From Azolla caroliniana (lineage: Eukaryota > Plantae > Polypodiophyta), in NCBI GenBank assembly GCA_043228905.1, contig JBHGNT010000001.1:27280001-27344000 (forward strand): a stretch of DNA of 64,000 nt, written 5' to 3'. Below the pieces are notes generated by a model. That model saw only the letters and a list, made by a program, of their open reading frames with translations. It made no database searches and was not told the DNA's origin. Below, one piece after another: positions 51,349-64,000 of this stretch. Made by a program: the position numbers and the translations under genes. Position 1 is the stretch's first letter. Each line of letters starts with the position of its first letter.

Positions 51349-51473
51349 TGCATGTATATCTTTGATAGTTGGGATGTTAATGCGTGTCATATTCCTCAAA
51401 TGTTTGGGGGATGCATGTATATCTTTGATAGTTGGGATGTTAATGCGTTTCATATTCCTCAAATGTTTGGGGG
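51349..51473. repeat. 63-bp tandem duplication followed by a poly-G tract
   Basis: TGCATGTATATCTTTGATAGTTGGGATGTTAATGCG... occurs twice. Confidence 0.85.
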
Positions 51474-51989
51474 GGCAGCGGTATTTGGGGGGGGGGGGGG
51501 GGGGGGTAATATGGAAAATCATTCCACGTTATTTGTCATAATATTGAAACTACCATTGGTCAAATCATAGAATGTGACTAGGTGACAACACTTTCTAGGC
51601 CTTGATGGAAGGGACAAAGTAAAGACAAAGTGTTGGCAAGTTGGGTAAAAGGGGGGGGGGGGGGGGGGATCCATCACTTAAAGATCGTATGCCAAATCGA
51701 GCCTATTAAGGAAACATCCACACTGTTTTTTGTTGTTGTTGTTGTCCTTGTAGCACACTGAGATGGGCGCGACCCTTTGGGTGTGGACATTCTTTCGGTC
51801 GTGAGGCGCAATAAATGATATGTATGGAAGAAGGGCCGGGCGGGCAGGCGGGGGGGGGGGGGGGGGGGGAGGCCTTGGATACTAGGAACCGACCCACCCA
51901 CATGAACCTCACTCGCTCACTCTCTTGCTTTGCTTTCAAAACGGAGTCTGTCATGCGTCATCATCACCATCCATCTATTCCATCATTAT

Positions 51990-52140
51990 CATCATATGTA
52001 CACATACATACATACATTATACATACATACATTATACATACATACATACATACACATACATTGTACATACATACATTCTTCCATCTCTCTCTCTCTCTCT
52101 CTACCTTTCGCTTTCTTTTCATTCTCCCTCCTAGTAACAG

Positions 52141-52178
<38 letters not shown>

Positions 52179-52320
52179 GACACAGAGAGAGAAGAAGAAG
52201 AAGAAGAAGAAGAAGTTTGAACGTGGGAACTGTGGCGGTCCCTCTCAGTAGAGGGCGGCGCAACTCTCTCTCTCTCTCTCTCGTTCGTTTAGGGTTTCCC
52301 TCCTCCTCCTCCTCTTCTTC
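51990..52320. repeat. Microsatellite cluster ((ACAT)n, (CT)n, (GA)n, (GAA)n) in the presumed MYB promoter/5'UTR
   Basis: Seen directly. Confidence 0.85.
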
Positions 52321-52887
52321 TTCCGTAGGGTTTTGCTTCCATCTCTTCACCACCACCAGAAAGATCAGTATACCCCTCCCTGTATTCGCTCGCGTTAAGG
52401 TCGCTTTCTTCTTGCTTCTGTATGCAGACCACAGATCGATACCCTTTGTCATCGGCCTTAGCCGTTTCTTCTTGCTTCATTTGCTTGTCAACGTAGTTCG
52501 CGTCTTCTTCGTCTTCTTCGCGTTAATCTTGGAGCAGAAAGAAGATCCATATACCTCCTCAAGTACAGACTATTTCTGCTTCTCCTTGTTGATCTTCGAG
52601 CAACCTCTCAAGCTTTATACTTATTGGCCAAGCTTCGATCTTTCTGCATTCTGTGCTCTTGTAGCGGAAAGAGCCAATTAATTAGTTTCTTTTCTGATCT
52701 GCGTGCAGCAACACCGTACAATCCACGTTTCACACAAGGTTTGCTTCTGTTTCTATTTCTTGTCTATACCCTGTCCTATTCAATCTATGATAATATCCGA
52801 TTCTGTTTATTCCTCGTTTGTGAGCAGAAGGACCAATAAATAGTACAGGCCATTGTCGATCTTCTGGATTCTTAACAAATCTTACTC

Positions 52888-54482
52888 ATGGACTTGGATC
52901 ATCATCATAATAATGGCGCCGGAACCTGCGCAGAGGATAGCGCCCAGCCGTCTGATTCACAAGTCCCTTCGAGAGATCGAAAGAAAGGTAGGAAAGGTAA
53001 GCAGATTCATTCCATTCCTTTCTAGACTGGTTGAAATGGATCAGCATTGTTAACTCTGTATGCTTGAAGTTCGATCTCCGTCCCTTGTCATTCACAAGTT
53101 TACCTCCATTTCCTTCGTCTGGTTCTTGATGCTCTAAAAGCGTCTTATGTTATGGCTATACTTGTCTTTTTGGCTTCGCCGCGAAAATACTACAGTGCTC
53201 TTCGTTCCATCTTCTTTTTCCCTCCATTTTTCTCTTTTCCTTTTATGAGCTTAACCGTCATCAATTTCTTTCTTTGCCTTTTTTTTCCTTCGCGTTTATC
53301 GTGCAAATACAATGCGCATTTTTCTGTCAAGACACTTGCAACGGCTTTGGATTTTTCCAGTACTCTCTTTCTCTATACATTGAGTTCTTCTCAAAATATC
53401 CGACTTTCATTCTCGCTTTCTTACTCTGCTTGCGAAGCTCTTCGCGGACACACAATGGATTCATTTCTCGCAATCTTTCTTTATTCTAAGGTGATATGTT
53501 TTTTCCATTAGTTTTGGCTTCTTACTCTAAGATCTTAGTTTTGTGACCGGAGTTCGTTTCTGACATAAGAAGGTCTATGATGCCTTCAATATTCTGAAAC
53601 ATAGATCTATTTAAAGGGAGAGAAAAACAATTTTTTCTTGATCCAGGTACTCCATGGACCGAAGAAGAGCATCGTATGTTTCTGGCTGGGTTGCAAAAAC
53701 TAGGCAAAGGAGATTGGAAGGGAATTGCTCACGGATATGTTACTTCCAGAACTCCCACACAGGTAGCCAGCCATGCTCAGAAGTATTTTATCAGACAATC
53801 CAACATATCCAAAAAAAAGAGAAGGTCTAGTCTCTTTGATATCACATCTGAAACTGTAAGCACTTTCCTTACCTTAGAATACATAATAGCACATTTTCCA
53901 TTTATTTGAAATCTGAATGTTTCAGATTTGTTGCTGATGAGAATATCTGGATGTCAAAATTTTGAGACAAGTTTTGCTGCTATTTTTCTGCAGACAGGAC
54001 TTGCAGAAGAAGAAAGGGATGAATCATCTATAGCAGACTGTCCTCATCAACAGTCTCCTTCTTGCACTGAGGACCCTATGAATGCAGCTCCTTGTAGTCG
54101 AGATATGAAAACTGATGCTTCTAGTATAGGTTCTGAAAGTGGGATGTTGGAAGAGGAGGTTCAAAGGTTAGCTGAAAATGCTGCTATGCCACAGTCCATG
54201 CAAGAATGTTTTCTAACAACACCTCCAGCGTTTGCCTTGCTTGTCCCTGGATGGGGTGGCTTTTCATCGTCATCATCACGATGCCCTATTGTCAGACCTA
54301 CACCTATCTTGCCGACTTCCCCGATTCAGATAGATTTATGGAATGGTGTTTCAGAGCTTAACCTCAGTGCGTTCCCTTCACCTCCACCTTTGTCTCTTAA
54401 GTTGTCAGAGCATTCTGCTTTCCAAGCAAATCCTTGCAAGAAAATTAATCAATCAGGTGGCAAGGTGATTAGTGTGGTGTAG
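52888..54482 (+). CDS. 1R-MYB (SHAQKYF class, MYBS3/KUA1-like) transcription factor. Exons 52888-52987, 53647-53855, 53994-54482 (265 aa)
   Basis: Spliced product reads [29 protein letters not shown]...[13 protein letters not shown]...KRRSSLFD, with C-terminal LNLS/LSLKL and SAF motifs. GT-AG sites are in phase. Confidence 0.92.
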
Positions 54483-56539
54483 GTCGTTGCAGCTGAATGA
54501 ATGTTATAGGACACACATTATTATTGATAAATCAATAGCTTCCTTAACCATGGAAGTGCAGAGTACTAACAGGAATCGGGAAAATGTTGTAAGAGCAAGG
54601 GTGCTTGAAGACGCTCCAAACTCATTTATTGGTTTAATGTGTTGTAAGTTTTGCATCTCCAGGATGTTGTTAAAACACATTTTCAGAGCTTTTCAGTGTT
54701 AGATTACTGAGAATACTAACATGATTGAAAATTTTATCTGTAAGAAGAAATCTTAAAGAAATTTGGAAGATCATATGTCTCTAGGCTATTCAAACTTGGC
54801 TTCTTCATGGATGATAAAAAATCTATTGTATTTATTTCATGGGCTTCAAATGTATTTCCAAGTGCACGACACACCTATGTTAATCTGAAAATATATTCCA
54901 TGGATTTCTCATATATTTCCGAGTGCTTGATTGACCTTTCTTTATCTGAAAATGAGTTGGTTTTGTAATGTAATAATTGAAGACGTGGAAAAGGGGTAAT
55001 GTCTGAGTGTCCAACCCTTCTGCTGTAGTGCTTAGGACTGTATTGTGCCATGTCCCACTGTTTAATCTTTCTGTGATTTCACTCAGAGTTTACACTATGA
55101 ACCTTCATTATGAAGTCTTTTTATTTTTCACAGCAGTGCATTTTTCAATCTTCATGTATTTTTCAATTTTTATAGTGATCGCTCTAACTTTAGGATTGAT
55201 GTGGTGAAGCATTTAACCTAATGTATTCTGATATTGACACTCACTAGTTTTCTATATATTAATGAAATGCTTTAATACCAAATAAAAGTATTCTGATGCA
55301 GGAAAATCACTAGTGACGAATTAACTTTCATATCTAATTTATTAAAAGCAATGGTGCCCTAACTTGTGAGGGTTTTTTTCTCCGACACTGATGTGTATAG
55401 GCACAACACCAGTTCATTGTCTTGTTAGAGTCTATGGTGTTTTTGGTCAATGACTAGCAAGAGAATGAAAATTAACCAGCCAAAATTTCCGTAGGTTCAA
55501 CTGAAGCACTTGGTAATGCCCAAGCAATACATGGTTACTAAAGTAAATTTATATATTGATGATTGATAGTTCATTATGTCACGTCCATGGAGCATGTTTC
55601 CAATATTGTAGCTTACCATTAACCAAACTTCCAATATGACAAGTTCATGTGGTGTGTTTCGATTTGTGTTTTAACTTTTAAAATAACATAGAAATGAACT
55701 TGCATAAACAACAGAAAAAGCACCATCCATAGCCATTCTATATGTTTTCAACGAGTTCTTCAAATTCTAAGTAATGAACTTTGTAAGGCAGGGGAGAGTG
55801 ATTCCATGCCAAAAATGAAAATACAATATAAGAGGAGAATTCTTGTTAGGAGAGTGATTCTACACCAAAATTGAAAATAGAGTATCATGAAAGTAGTAAT
55901 GGGTGGAGTTGGTGAAGACGCTTACATAGGTATGCCACATAGAACCATTTTAGGAACCTACAGGCATGTTTGAGATTTGTGGGTTTGTGTAGCTTGGATA
56001 AGAAATAAAATCTGTGTACTCTAAAGCCATACATACATAACAGTGAAATTACACATAATTAAATGTGTATAGGAGACTTAAGATGATGATACATATCTTG
56101 AATGGGAACTTTATAAAGTACTTGCAGTTGGTCCATCGAAAAATTTGCTAGTTATTGATGCATTTTACTTATATACAATTTGCCAATAGACATACCCTCA
56201 AATTCTTTTCCTTTAGTATGATCATGACAGCTTATTTCTCATGAATTTGTTTGGGCTATATGGATGTGCAAGGGTAGTTGGGTTGTTTTATGTTGAAGTA
56301 TGATATACTGGATTGAAGAAGAGAAACCTCACTGAGGCTGAGAAATTTTTCTTGAGGGTAAATATGGCTTGGGTTCCAAATGGATTAGGGATCGGAAAAA
56401 AAGTTTAGGGAAGAATAACCAACAAAGCTCGAGAAGGCTTGTTTTGTGTTTGAAGAACCATAGTCAAATGAATCTCTAAGATTCTCTGAAGTCACTCACT
56501 TCATGCTACTTGCATCATTGAAATCTATTGAGCAGTCTA

Positions 56540-57060
56540 CATACATGCCTAGAAGAGTGCACAAGACGGGGCACACCCTTTGGCCCAAGGTTGTGTACAA
56601 AGGCATCGATAAAGCTATCTTAGGTTTTTAGCATACAACACACTTGGTTATGAAGAAAAGATATCCTACATTGTATTCATTGCTACAAAAGTATTATATT
56701 CAAAGCTTTGAGGTATTATATTCAAAGCTTTTTTGAGATCCATAGAGAGACAACAAAGGCTTCTCCTTTGAACCATAAGGGTAATAAAACCGGTTTGGCT
56801 AATAGATGTTTTATCAACCTCCTTTGCCCATATACAAAAACAAAAACCCATGATTATGTGTTTAGTTCCTTTTTCCAGTGGCCCAATAAGGCAAAATACA
56901 TATACATTCATTTGTGAGTACAACAGATTGATTTACACAAAAAACTAATTTGGGGTTTGTATAGATTGTACGCAAAAAACAAATTTGCTAAAACTATTTC
57001 TGTTACATCCTAGCCATATTTAGATTTTACAAAGGTTGGTGTTGCATTCAATGCAGTCTT
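56540..57060 (-). mobile_element. Degenerate LINE RT fragment
   Basis: Eroded motifs near 56570-56900 (WA...SQTGF, LCCLSMDLKKALNIIP). Confidence 0.5.
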
Positions 57061-58167
57061 ACCCTGTAGTTTGAACCCACTCATTATGAAACGAATAACT
57101 ACAACGGGTTTGTTTGCTTGCCTCTTGTAGATCCAAAGCAATGAATCATAACCTCTTGTATGGTTGCATGGATCTTCCAATTCTGATGTAGTCCATTTGA
57201 ATAACTACTCTTTGAAATGTCAGCCACTAACCCCAGCATACTCTTGTTTCTTCACAATGTTTTCACTATCTGAAATTCTGAATCTTCTGAGATTTTTAGG
57301 GTTAATCCAGATAAATATCCACTCGTTTGAGCCAGCATTTAAGGAAAATAACACATATCCTCAATATCTTGAATCTTAATTACTTTGCCATTATGCTTAT
57401 CACTCTCTTGAACCAAATGCTTACTGTGATATTTCCCGATTAGATCCCTAAAATAGTATAAAGCAGACATGCTAATTACGAGCCAATCTCTATCATTTAG
57501 CATTGTCATTATCAGTGTCCTTTTGAGGGGATCATACAGCCATCATGAAATGGTAGTTTGCAACCCCTTTTTATAATGAGTAGCAGCCCATCAAGGAGAA
57601 GGCAAAAGAGATGTTGATGAAACCCACACATCCTGTTACATTTGTGGGTTCACACAACATTAGGGGTGCCACATTCACATCCTACAATTACAATCCCAAA
57701 ATGCCAGGTTTGTTGTGAGACAACCATCAATACATGAGCTATTCCTAAGAAAAGCAGTGGCTTAACAAAATACATGAGCAAACTTGACTTAAGAAGTCAA
57801 TTTTAACTAGTCGTGATGGAACAAAGAGAAAAATTGGATGAGACCTATGATCCTGATTTCAGAACCAAAATATTACAAAACAGATATTGAGAGAGCGAGA
57901 GAATGACATTCCAACCATGATGACTTGGAACAAGATATACTATCTTAATCAAACAAGCTATATCAGATGCAAAGAGTTTGAACCATCTTAATCGGACAAA
58001 GTTGCCAGATGCAATGAGATTGAACCCTGAAATGTCATACCAATGGATTTATGGTTGTTCTCTATAGTGCGCCCTATAGATACAAAGAGACGCAAAGGAA
58101 TATAATTTTTCTCTGGGTGCACTAACAGATAAATAATTCTCTGGATGTAGAAATGGAGAACCTATCT

Positions 58168-61100
58168 TTAGCCTTCAGCATTAGATTGTCGTTTCTTCCT
58201 ACGTTGATGTACATCCCAGTTATATACCCTAGCAATTGTCACCTACAAAATAGTAAAAAATATATAATACAATAAGAACACTAATTAGCTATTTTTATCT
58301 AGTGGATAGTTTGGTAAAGTGATGAAAGATCACCTCCGTGATGGTTACTTGATCTCTTAAAAATAATGAGTCCTCAATAATGGCTTGTAAACTGACATTT
58401 GCATTCTCCAAGTTCCTTTTCAATAATATCTCAGCCTGAATTTACAGTATATGAGGCCATTAACAAAAAAGCCAAGAAAATGTCCATTCAAATTATAAAA
58501 ATATAAATATTATTTGGTCCCTCGAACGTACCTCACTACAGGTATACTCTAACATCACGTTCGCACCCAACCATAAACAAACTGTTTGAGTCTCTTCTAT
58601 CCAAGCTTGGGAGTATATTCCTTCTGCAAGCTCAAAATCTGCTATTATTGCCTGAATAGAAGAGGGTGAAACTTTAAAAGAGATACCATGTTAAAATTAA
58701 AATAAATTGCTCATAATAATTGACATTATATACAAAAAAAGAACCTCCAGCTTCTTATTTTAACAATAAAAACAAAACAATAAAAAAGCCCAAATACTCC
58801 AATGGGGCAAAGTTGACACAACTATATTTTTCCTATAGAATAACATTAAATCGAAATATAACTTGAACAATAAAGTAATGTGCATTTACTAATTAAAGTA
58901 CTTGGGAAGAAAATGATAATAATCATGATATTTAATCATGGTGATGTTCTTCCATCTCTAACGAAAATTTCTGATAAGCCTCTCAGTCATCGAAAGCATC
59001 TGGGCATTATTTCACTTGCCACAATGATCCTCTCTGATGCCGCAAACATTTTTTCCTTATGCTGAAAAGAAAACAGAGTTATGGGCTCGCCCAGCAACAA
59101 TATACGGAACAGTTCTATGACATGCTATTTGTCAAAATAATCCTGTTGGACATTTAACAGGTATATACATACATGCATGCATATAAACAAAAAAAAAAAG
59201 CTTTCCGAAATGCTACATGATGACTGGGCAGCATTAAACTGTGACAATGTGAGTTTCCAACGCAGCCTTAATAGTAAGTAAAAATTTATATTACTAATGG
59301 GAAAACTTAATACTTCATGCATCCATTTATTAAACATCCTATGGATCCTTGAGCCTAAGTTCAATGTGCTGGGCAAAGCATTTTTGACCTAAGATAAGTC
59401 AGCTTTACTTATTCAAATCAAGCTCAATTGATCTATAACTAATGTACTGCTCATGACATATTCACAAGAAAGACCTAATGCTAGTGATTTAGAAGCATTG
59501 TTACACTTCTCAACAGTTAATGAATCAGCTGCTGATTTGTAATTAAGGTCAATATTTATTTGAAAGAAACCAATAAAAAATATTATAGCTACACAAATTA
59601 ATATCATCGTCAAACTCTAACAGAAAAAAGGGTAAAATACTAAGATTTCAATGATATTTCTAGAACATTGCTAACCTAAGCGAATCAAAATTTTAGTTCA
59701 AAATATTGAAGTTTCATGGCATGTTATTCATGGATTAGAATGAGTAATGAGAACGGTATGTGTAAACAAAAATAATGGTAACAACAGATTTTTTATGCAG
59801 GTCCAATGGATTCAAACATGGTCTTCACTAGATGCTCAAAAATCACCACAATAGTAAAGAAAGACGGAGAATAAGGTAAAGAAAGATGACCTCCCCAGTC
59901 CCCTGTTTCGATATCAAAGACTCCAGAATAGCCAGACACTTCTTGATATCTGGGATCTTTGCCTGAGAACAACCAGACAGAAACAATTTCCAGCACATTC
60001 TCAAAAAAGAAGAAGACTAAATCAGCTTCTGGAGTTGTAGCCAACCTGAAGTTCTCTTTTCTGAGCAAGTAGCTTCATCTCTGCGATCTTGTACAGTTGA
60101 AGCCTAGATCAAAGTAGAACCGCGAGAGATTCAATATTAAAGGAACACTTGGGGAGATAAATACTAGCAATATCGAATCAAAATTCCTTCAAGTACAAGG
60201 AATTAACATCAATAGTCACTTCATATATCTGTGTAACCAGTGATCAACCCTACAAGACAAAAAATTTCAAATAAAAAGGAAGACTGATCTTAATTTTCCT
60301 ACATCTTTAATTTGGGCATTTGCAGAACACTTGAGTTGTTATGCAGCTAAAGCAGACATTAGGTGGCACGTCTTTTGTTTGCTATATTAGTAAGACACAG
60401 TTACTAGTGAAAGGAAATGCAGTACCTTTGCAATAGTGGCAAAGATAACATGAATACAGTTTCACATCAGGATTCAGGTAAAATTGATGTTACTTCTGCA
60501 TCAATAAGGCTTACGCACCTTCTCCTTGCAGGCTCAGACAAGAACTTCTCTTTCTAGAGTGCAAAAATTCAAATGTGATTTTACATCAGATCAGAATCCA
60601 AATCACTAGGTAAAAGAAAATGTGGAACCTTTTGCAGCAGAATCAAAAGATTTCTATAAAAACCGGTTCTCTTCGAAAAGGGGTATCACAAACATCTGTC
60701 TTATCAGAAATATAGTAGTACCTTTGTAGCTTGCCACATCAGACATCATCAAATACTTACACAACTTTTCTTTCGCAAGATTTCGACAACCTCCCTTCCT
60801 ACTGTGTCATAGACCTTGTGCAGTTTACACCATTTCAAAACAACGACTTAAAAGAAACGTGGTGCCTTTGCAATACACTCAATGGTTTTCTTAATGCCAT
60901 TACCCTCGGAATAGGTATAATTCTCTAAGTAACACTTTCCTGATTGATCAGAATAGTCGGACTCTGTCAAGATGTACATATTTTACATTATCATAGTGTG
61001 AATAACCTTGTGCAATTTACATAAGATGAAAACAACTACTCAAAAGCAAAACATGATATCGTCTCGATCCTGTCGAAGTCTATTCGAAGCCCTAGGCCTC

Positions 61101-61842
61101 CTCATAAAGAAAACAAAGATACAGATTCATCCCACAGAGCATATGATAGCATTTACACGCTTTGAAAATTCTTATGCAATTTAAAAACCAGATCAAACAA
61201 TCTATAACTAAAGGGCAAACGTGGCAGCTTTCCAACACAATCAAAAAAATTGCAAACCCCAGGCCTCTTCAAAGATGTTGTCTCATCACAAACAAAGTGG
61301 TGCCTTTCATGTTTTCTGTGTCAGTCAAACCAAGGTTATCCATAGGCAGAAAATTCCTATGCAATTTGTAACAAAGCGCTTGTTCTCGAAGCAAGAGATT
61401 AACGAAATCATGGTAGATTTTCAATACTGCCAAAGCTTTCTCAAAAAACTACCTCTCATCGAGAAGAAGACAATAAAGATATATGTTTCCATCCTCCATT
61501 TTGCATAGTGTGAAAAATCTTAAGAAGTTTAACACCAGATCGAAACAGCTATACATACAATCCTTCATCCCATATAACGAACACACCACTACATAGTGTG
61601 GAGATTCTTATGCAATTCACATAATTATGCGCACGCATACATGAATGCATGTACATAAATAGATGCGCACATACAAATATACATATGTGTGTGTGTGTGT
61701 GTATGGGGAAGACAACTAACCTTTCTTGGAGAGTAGAGAGAGCAGAGTTAGCATCGAGTGCCGACTGCGAGAGGTAAGTTTGCACATCGTGAACAAAGGG
61801 AGCCGCAGGGATACCTCTCCTCTCTGAAGGCGAGGACGCCAT
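58168..61842 (-). CDS. PFD3: Prefoldin subunit 3 (VBP1). Exons 61842-61721, 60103-60046, 59962-59891, 58651-58532, 58435-58334, 58242-58168 (182 aa)
   Basis: [57 protein letters not shown] and [21 protein letters not shown]. All introns GT-AG and in phase (549 nt). Confidence 0.96.
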
Positions 61843-64000
61843 GGCTGAGCTAAATAAAAGCAGCACAAGAAAGGGAACCAGGAAAAACCAGAAGAAGAAG
61901 CAGGAAAATAAAACAAAATTGCTTCTTTTCTGTTTCGTTTCGTTTGTTTCGTTCTCGGCCGTCGAAGCAGAAAGCAAGAAAGAAAGAGACGGCAAACACA
62001 CTCACACACATAGAGAGAGAGAGAATAGAAACCAGGAGGAGGTCATGGGTTCAAACCCTTAGATTCCAGAGGTCATGGGCATCTCTAGTGAATTAAGAGA
62101 TATGTATGTAGAGAGGTAAGAATTTTTTGTTTCGAACCCAAGACGTATTGTTTGTACTTGTAGTTTAACAACTTACCACTGAGCTGAAATAATTACGACA
62201 AATAAATTGTCCCTCTGTGCATGTGTGTGTGTGTGTGAGAGAGAGAGAGATGGAGAGCGGTTGTGTATGGGTGAGAGAGAGAGAGATGGGGGCCCACGGG
62301 CTATGAACAAACAAACAAAAAGAGCGAGCAAGTTTGTTGTAAGCTGTCGTTTTTTTAAGTCTCGTTATGTATGTTTGGTATTAGAACACCATAGACACAC
62401 CAGAGGACCCTTGGGCTACATATTTCTAACTCTACTTCAACACTCATGATATATGAAGAACAATGATTTCGCTCCACCCAAAGCCTTATTGGCATCGTCT
62501 CGTCGATCATGTGTTGTTGGCCCACCCCAATCCATGCATCGTCTGTCCCATTCCGTGGCTAGGTAGTATAGTAAGCAGCGAAAAAAACATGGTGCACGCG
62601 ATCCTAGAGGAAACTGTAGACACCTCCATATACGTAGTAGCTATCAATTTCTGCCAAATGCTTTTGCACTCCAAATACTCAAGCCCCCCTCCAACATATT
62701 GTCGATGCATGGCATTTCGTTCTCTCGTGTTGTTCCAATGACACGATCAATCCACGCACAACACATCTCCCTTTTCCTGTTGCTTTGTATCCGCACATGC
62801 AAAAAGCCAAAAATGCTTTTATGCTCTTGTTCTTTTGTCACCCTAACAGTCTCATGTGATAACAAAACTACAAACATGGCCAATGTGCCACTAATGCTAA
62901 TCACAAGGTTATCATACAAAATTTTCACTTTTCATTATTCCAACGTGAATTGTTCATTACAACATTTAGGTTGCAATTCGAGGCATTGGCCTTCATTTAT
63001 TATTCATAATTTTGTTTGAGATTGTGAGTATTATCATTGTGCTCCTAAAACAACCATTGTATTGTACAACCTTGAACTTGTTGCATTTTTTACAATTAAA
63101 ATAAAGAAAACAATACCATTATGATAAGAATTTAAATTAGCAATAAAGAAGAAAGGGTGCAAGACCACACGATCATCCCTAATAAAGACAAGTGATGGGT
63201 TTAGAGTCCTCCATGGATGTCCCATACCACCGAGTTTGAACATGGATCATACCTTGCATTTAAAGGAGGGATACATTTATGATGCTAGAGCTTTACCACA
63301 CCACCAAAGCCTCTATGCAACATAGCAACAACCTACATAAAGGTAACTAACCTTTTTTATAAGCATAAACCCTAATCAATTATCTTTTTCATACTTGATT
63401 GTGTTCTAAGGTTATCTACTATAGTAGGATTGAGAGTAGCCTCAATCTTTACTTCCATAGAAATTAGCCCACACCAAAGAAATCTTTACATTTCTTTTGG
63501 TTAAGTGATGAAACACTCTAAAGTTATCTACCACTATAGGATTGAGAGTAACCTCAATCCTTACCCTTCATACCATATAAATTAGCCGACACCAAGGTTT
63601 GAAAACGACACTTCCTTTGGTTATGCCGGTAAGAATTACATTTTAAAAGGAAACATGAAAAAGACATTTTTATGCTATGCATGTGCTCAAGCATAATATT
63701 GTGTCTTTACACATTCTACGAAACTTTAATCAAAGAGGGAATTACAATTCTCTCAATAAAAAATTGTTGGAATAGATTTTCTTGGTTTGAATTGAAGCAA
63801 CAATTGTTGGAAGCACATTATGGATCTACGTGGTGGTTGAATGTAGATTCACAAGCATACCTTGTGAAGACGTAAACAAAATTGATAAGCATGATATTTT
63901 ATGGGTCACAAACGACCAAATTTTCTTCTTTTCAATAAGAGAGTAGAGTAATCCAAAAAAACAAATTAGGGTTATTCTAGATAGTTTGAAAAACATGTAA

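Noticed and set aside
51815-52681. 288-aa ORF and overlapping ORFs upstream of the MYB gene
   Set aside because: Made of microsatellite translations (poly-G, ER, R and S runs) with no domain signal.
62030-62080. B-box-like GGTTCAAACCC upstream of PFD3 (similar motif near 8853)
   Set aside because: No matching A box or cloverleaf; at most an eroded SINE fragment.

Overview
AT-rich eukaryotic nuclear DNA from a non-seed land plant, most likely a fern (inferred from the PLS-PPR style, spliceosomal introns, microsatellites and Tcn1-like chromovirus). Five apparently intact host genes could be built by hand: a PLS-E class PPR gene, a MaoC/hot-dog-fold dehydratase-like gene, the isopropylmalate isomerase small subunit, a 1R-MYB (SHAQKYF) factor and prefoldin subunit 3. 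There is also a PPR pseudogene. The centre holds a three-level nest: a LINE remnant, interrupted by a Copia element (TSD AGAAT), itself interrupted by a young chromodomain Gypsy element. Main observations: (1) splicing an upstream exon (3182-3265) to 5414 rebuilds an OSB-type 'PDF' ssDNA-binding motif fused to the N-terminus of the PPR array; (2) the chromovirus has a Tf1-type self-priming PBS, a dense heat-shock-element array, an antisense tRNA-like A/B-box module in its LTR, a -1 frameshift pseudoknot and an in-frame integrase deletion; (3) the MaoC-like protein lacks its catalytic Asp/His. All calls come from reading the sequence; no database searches were run.
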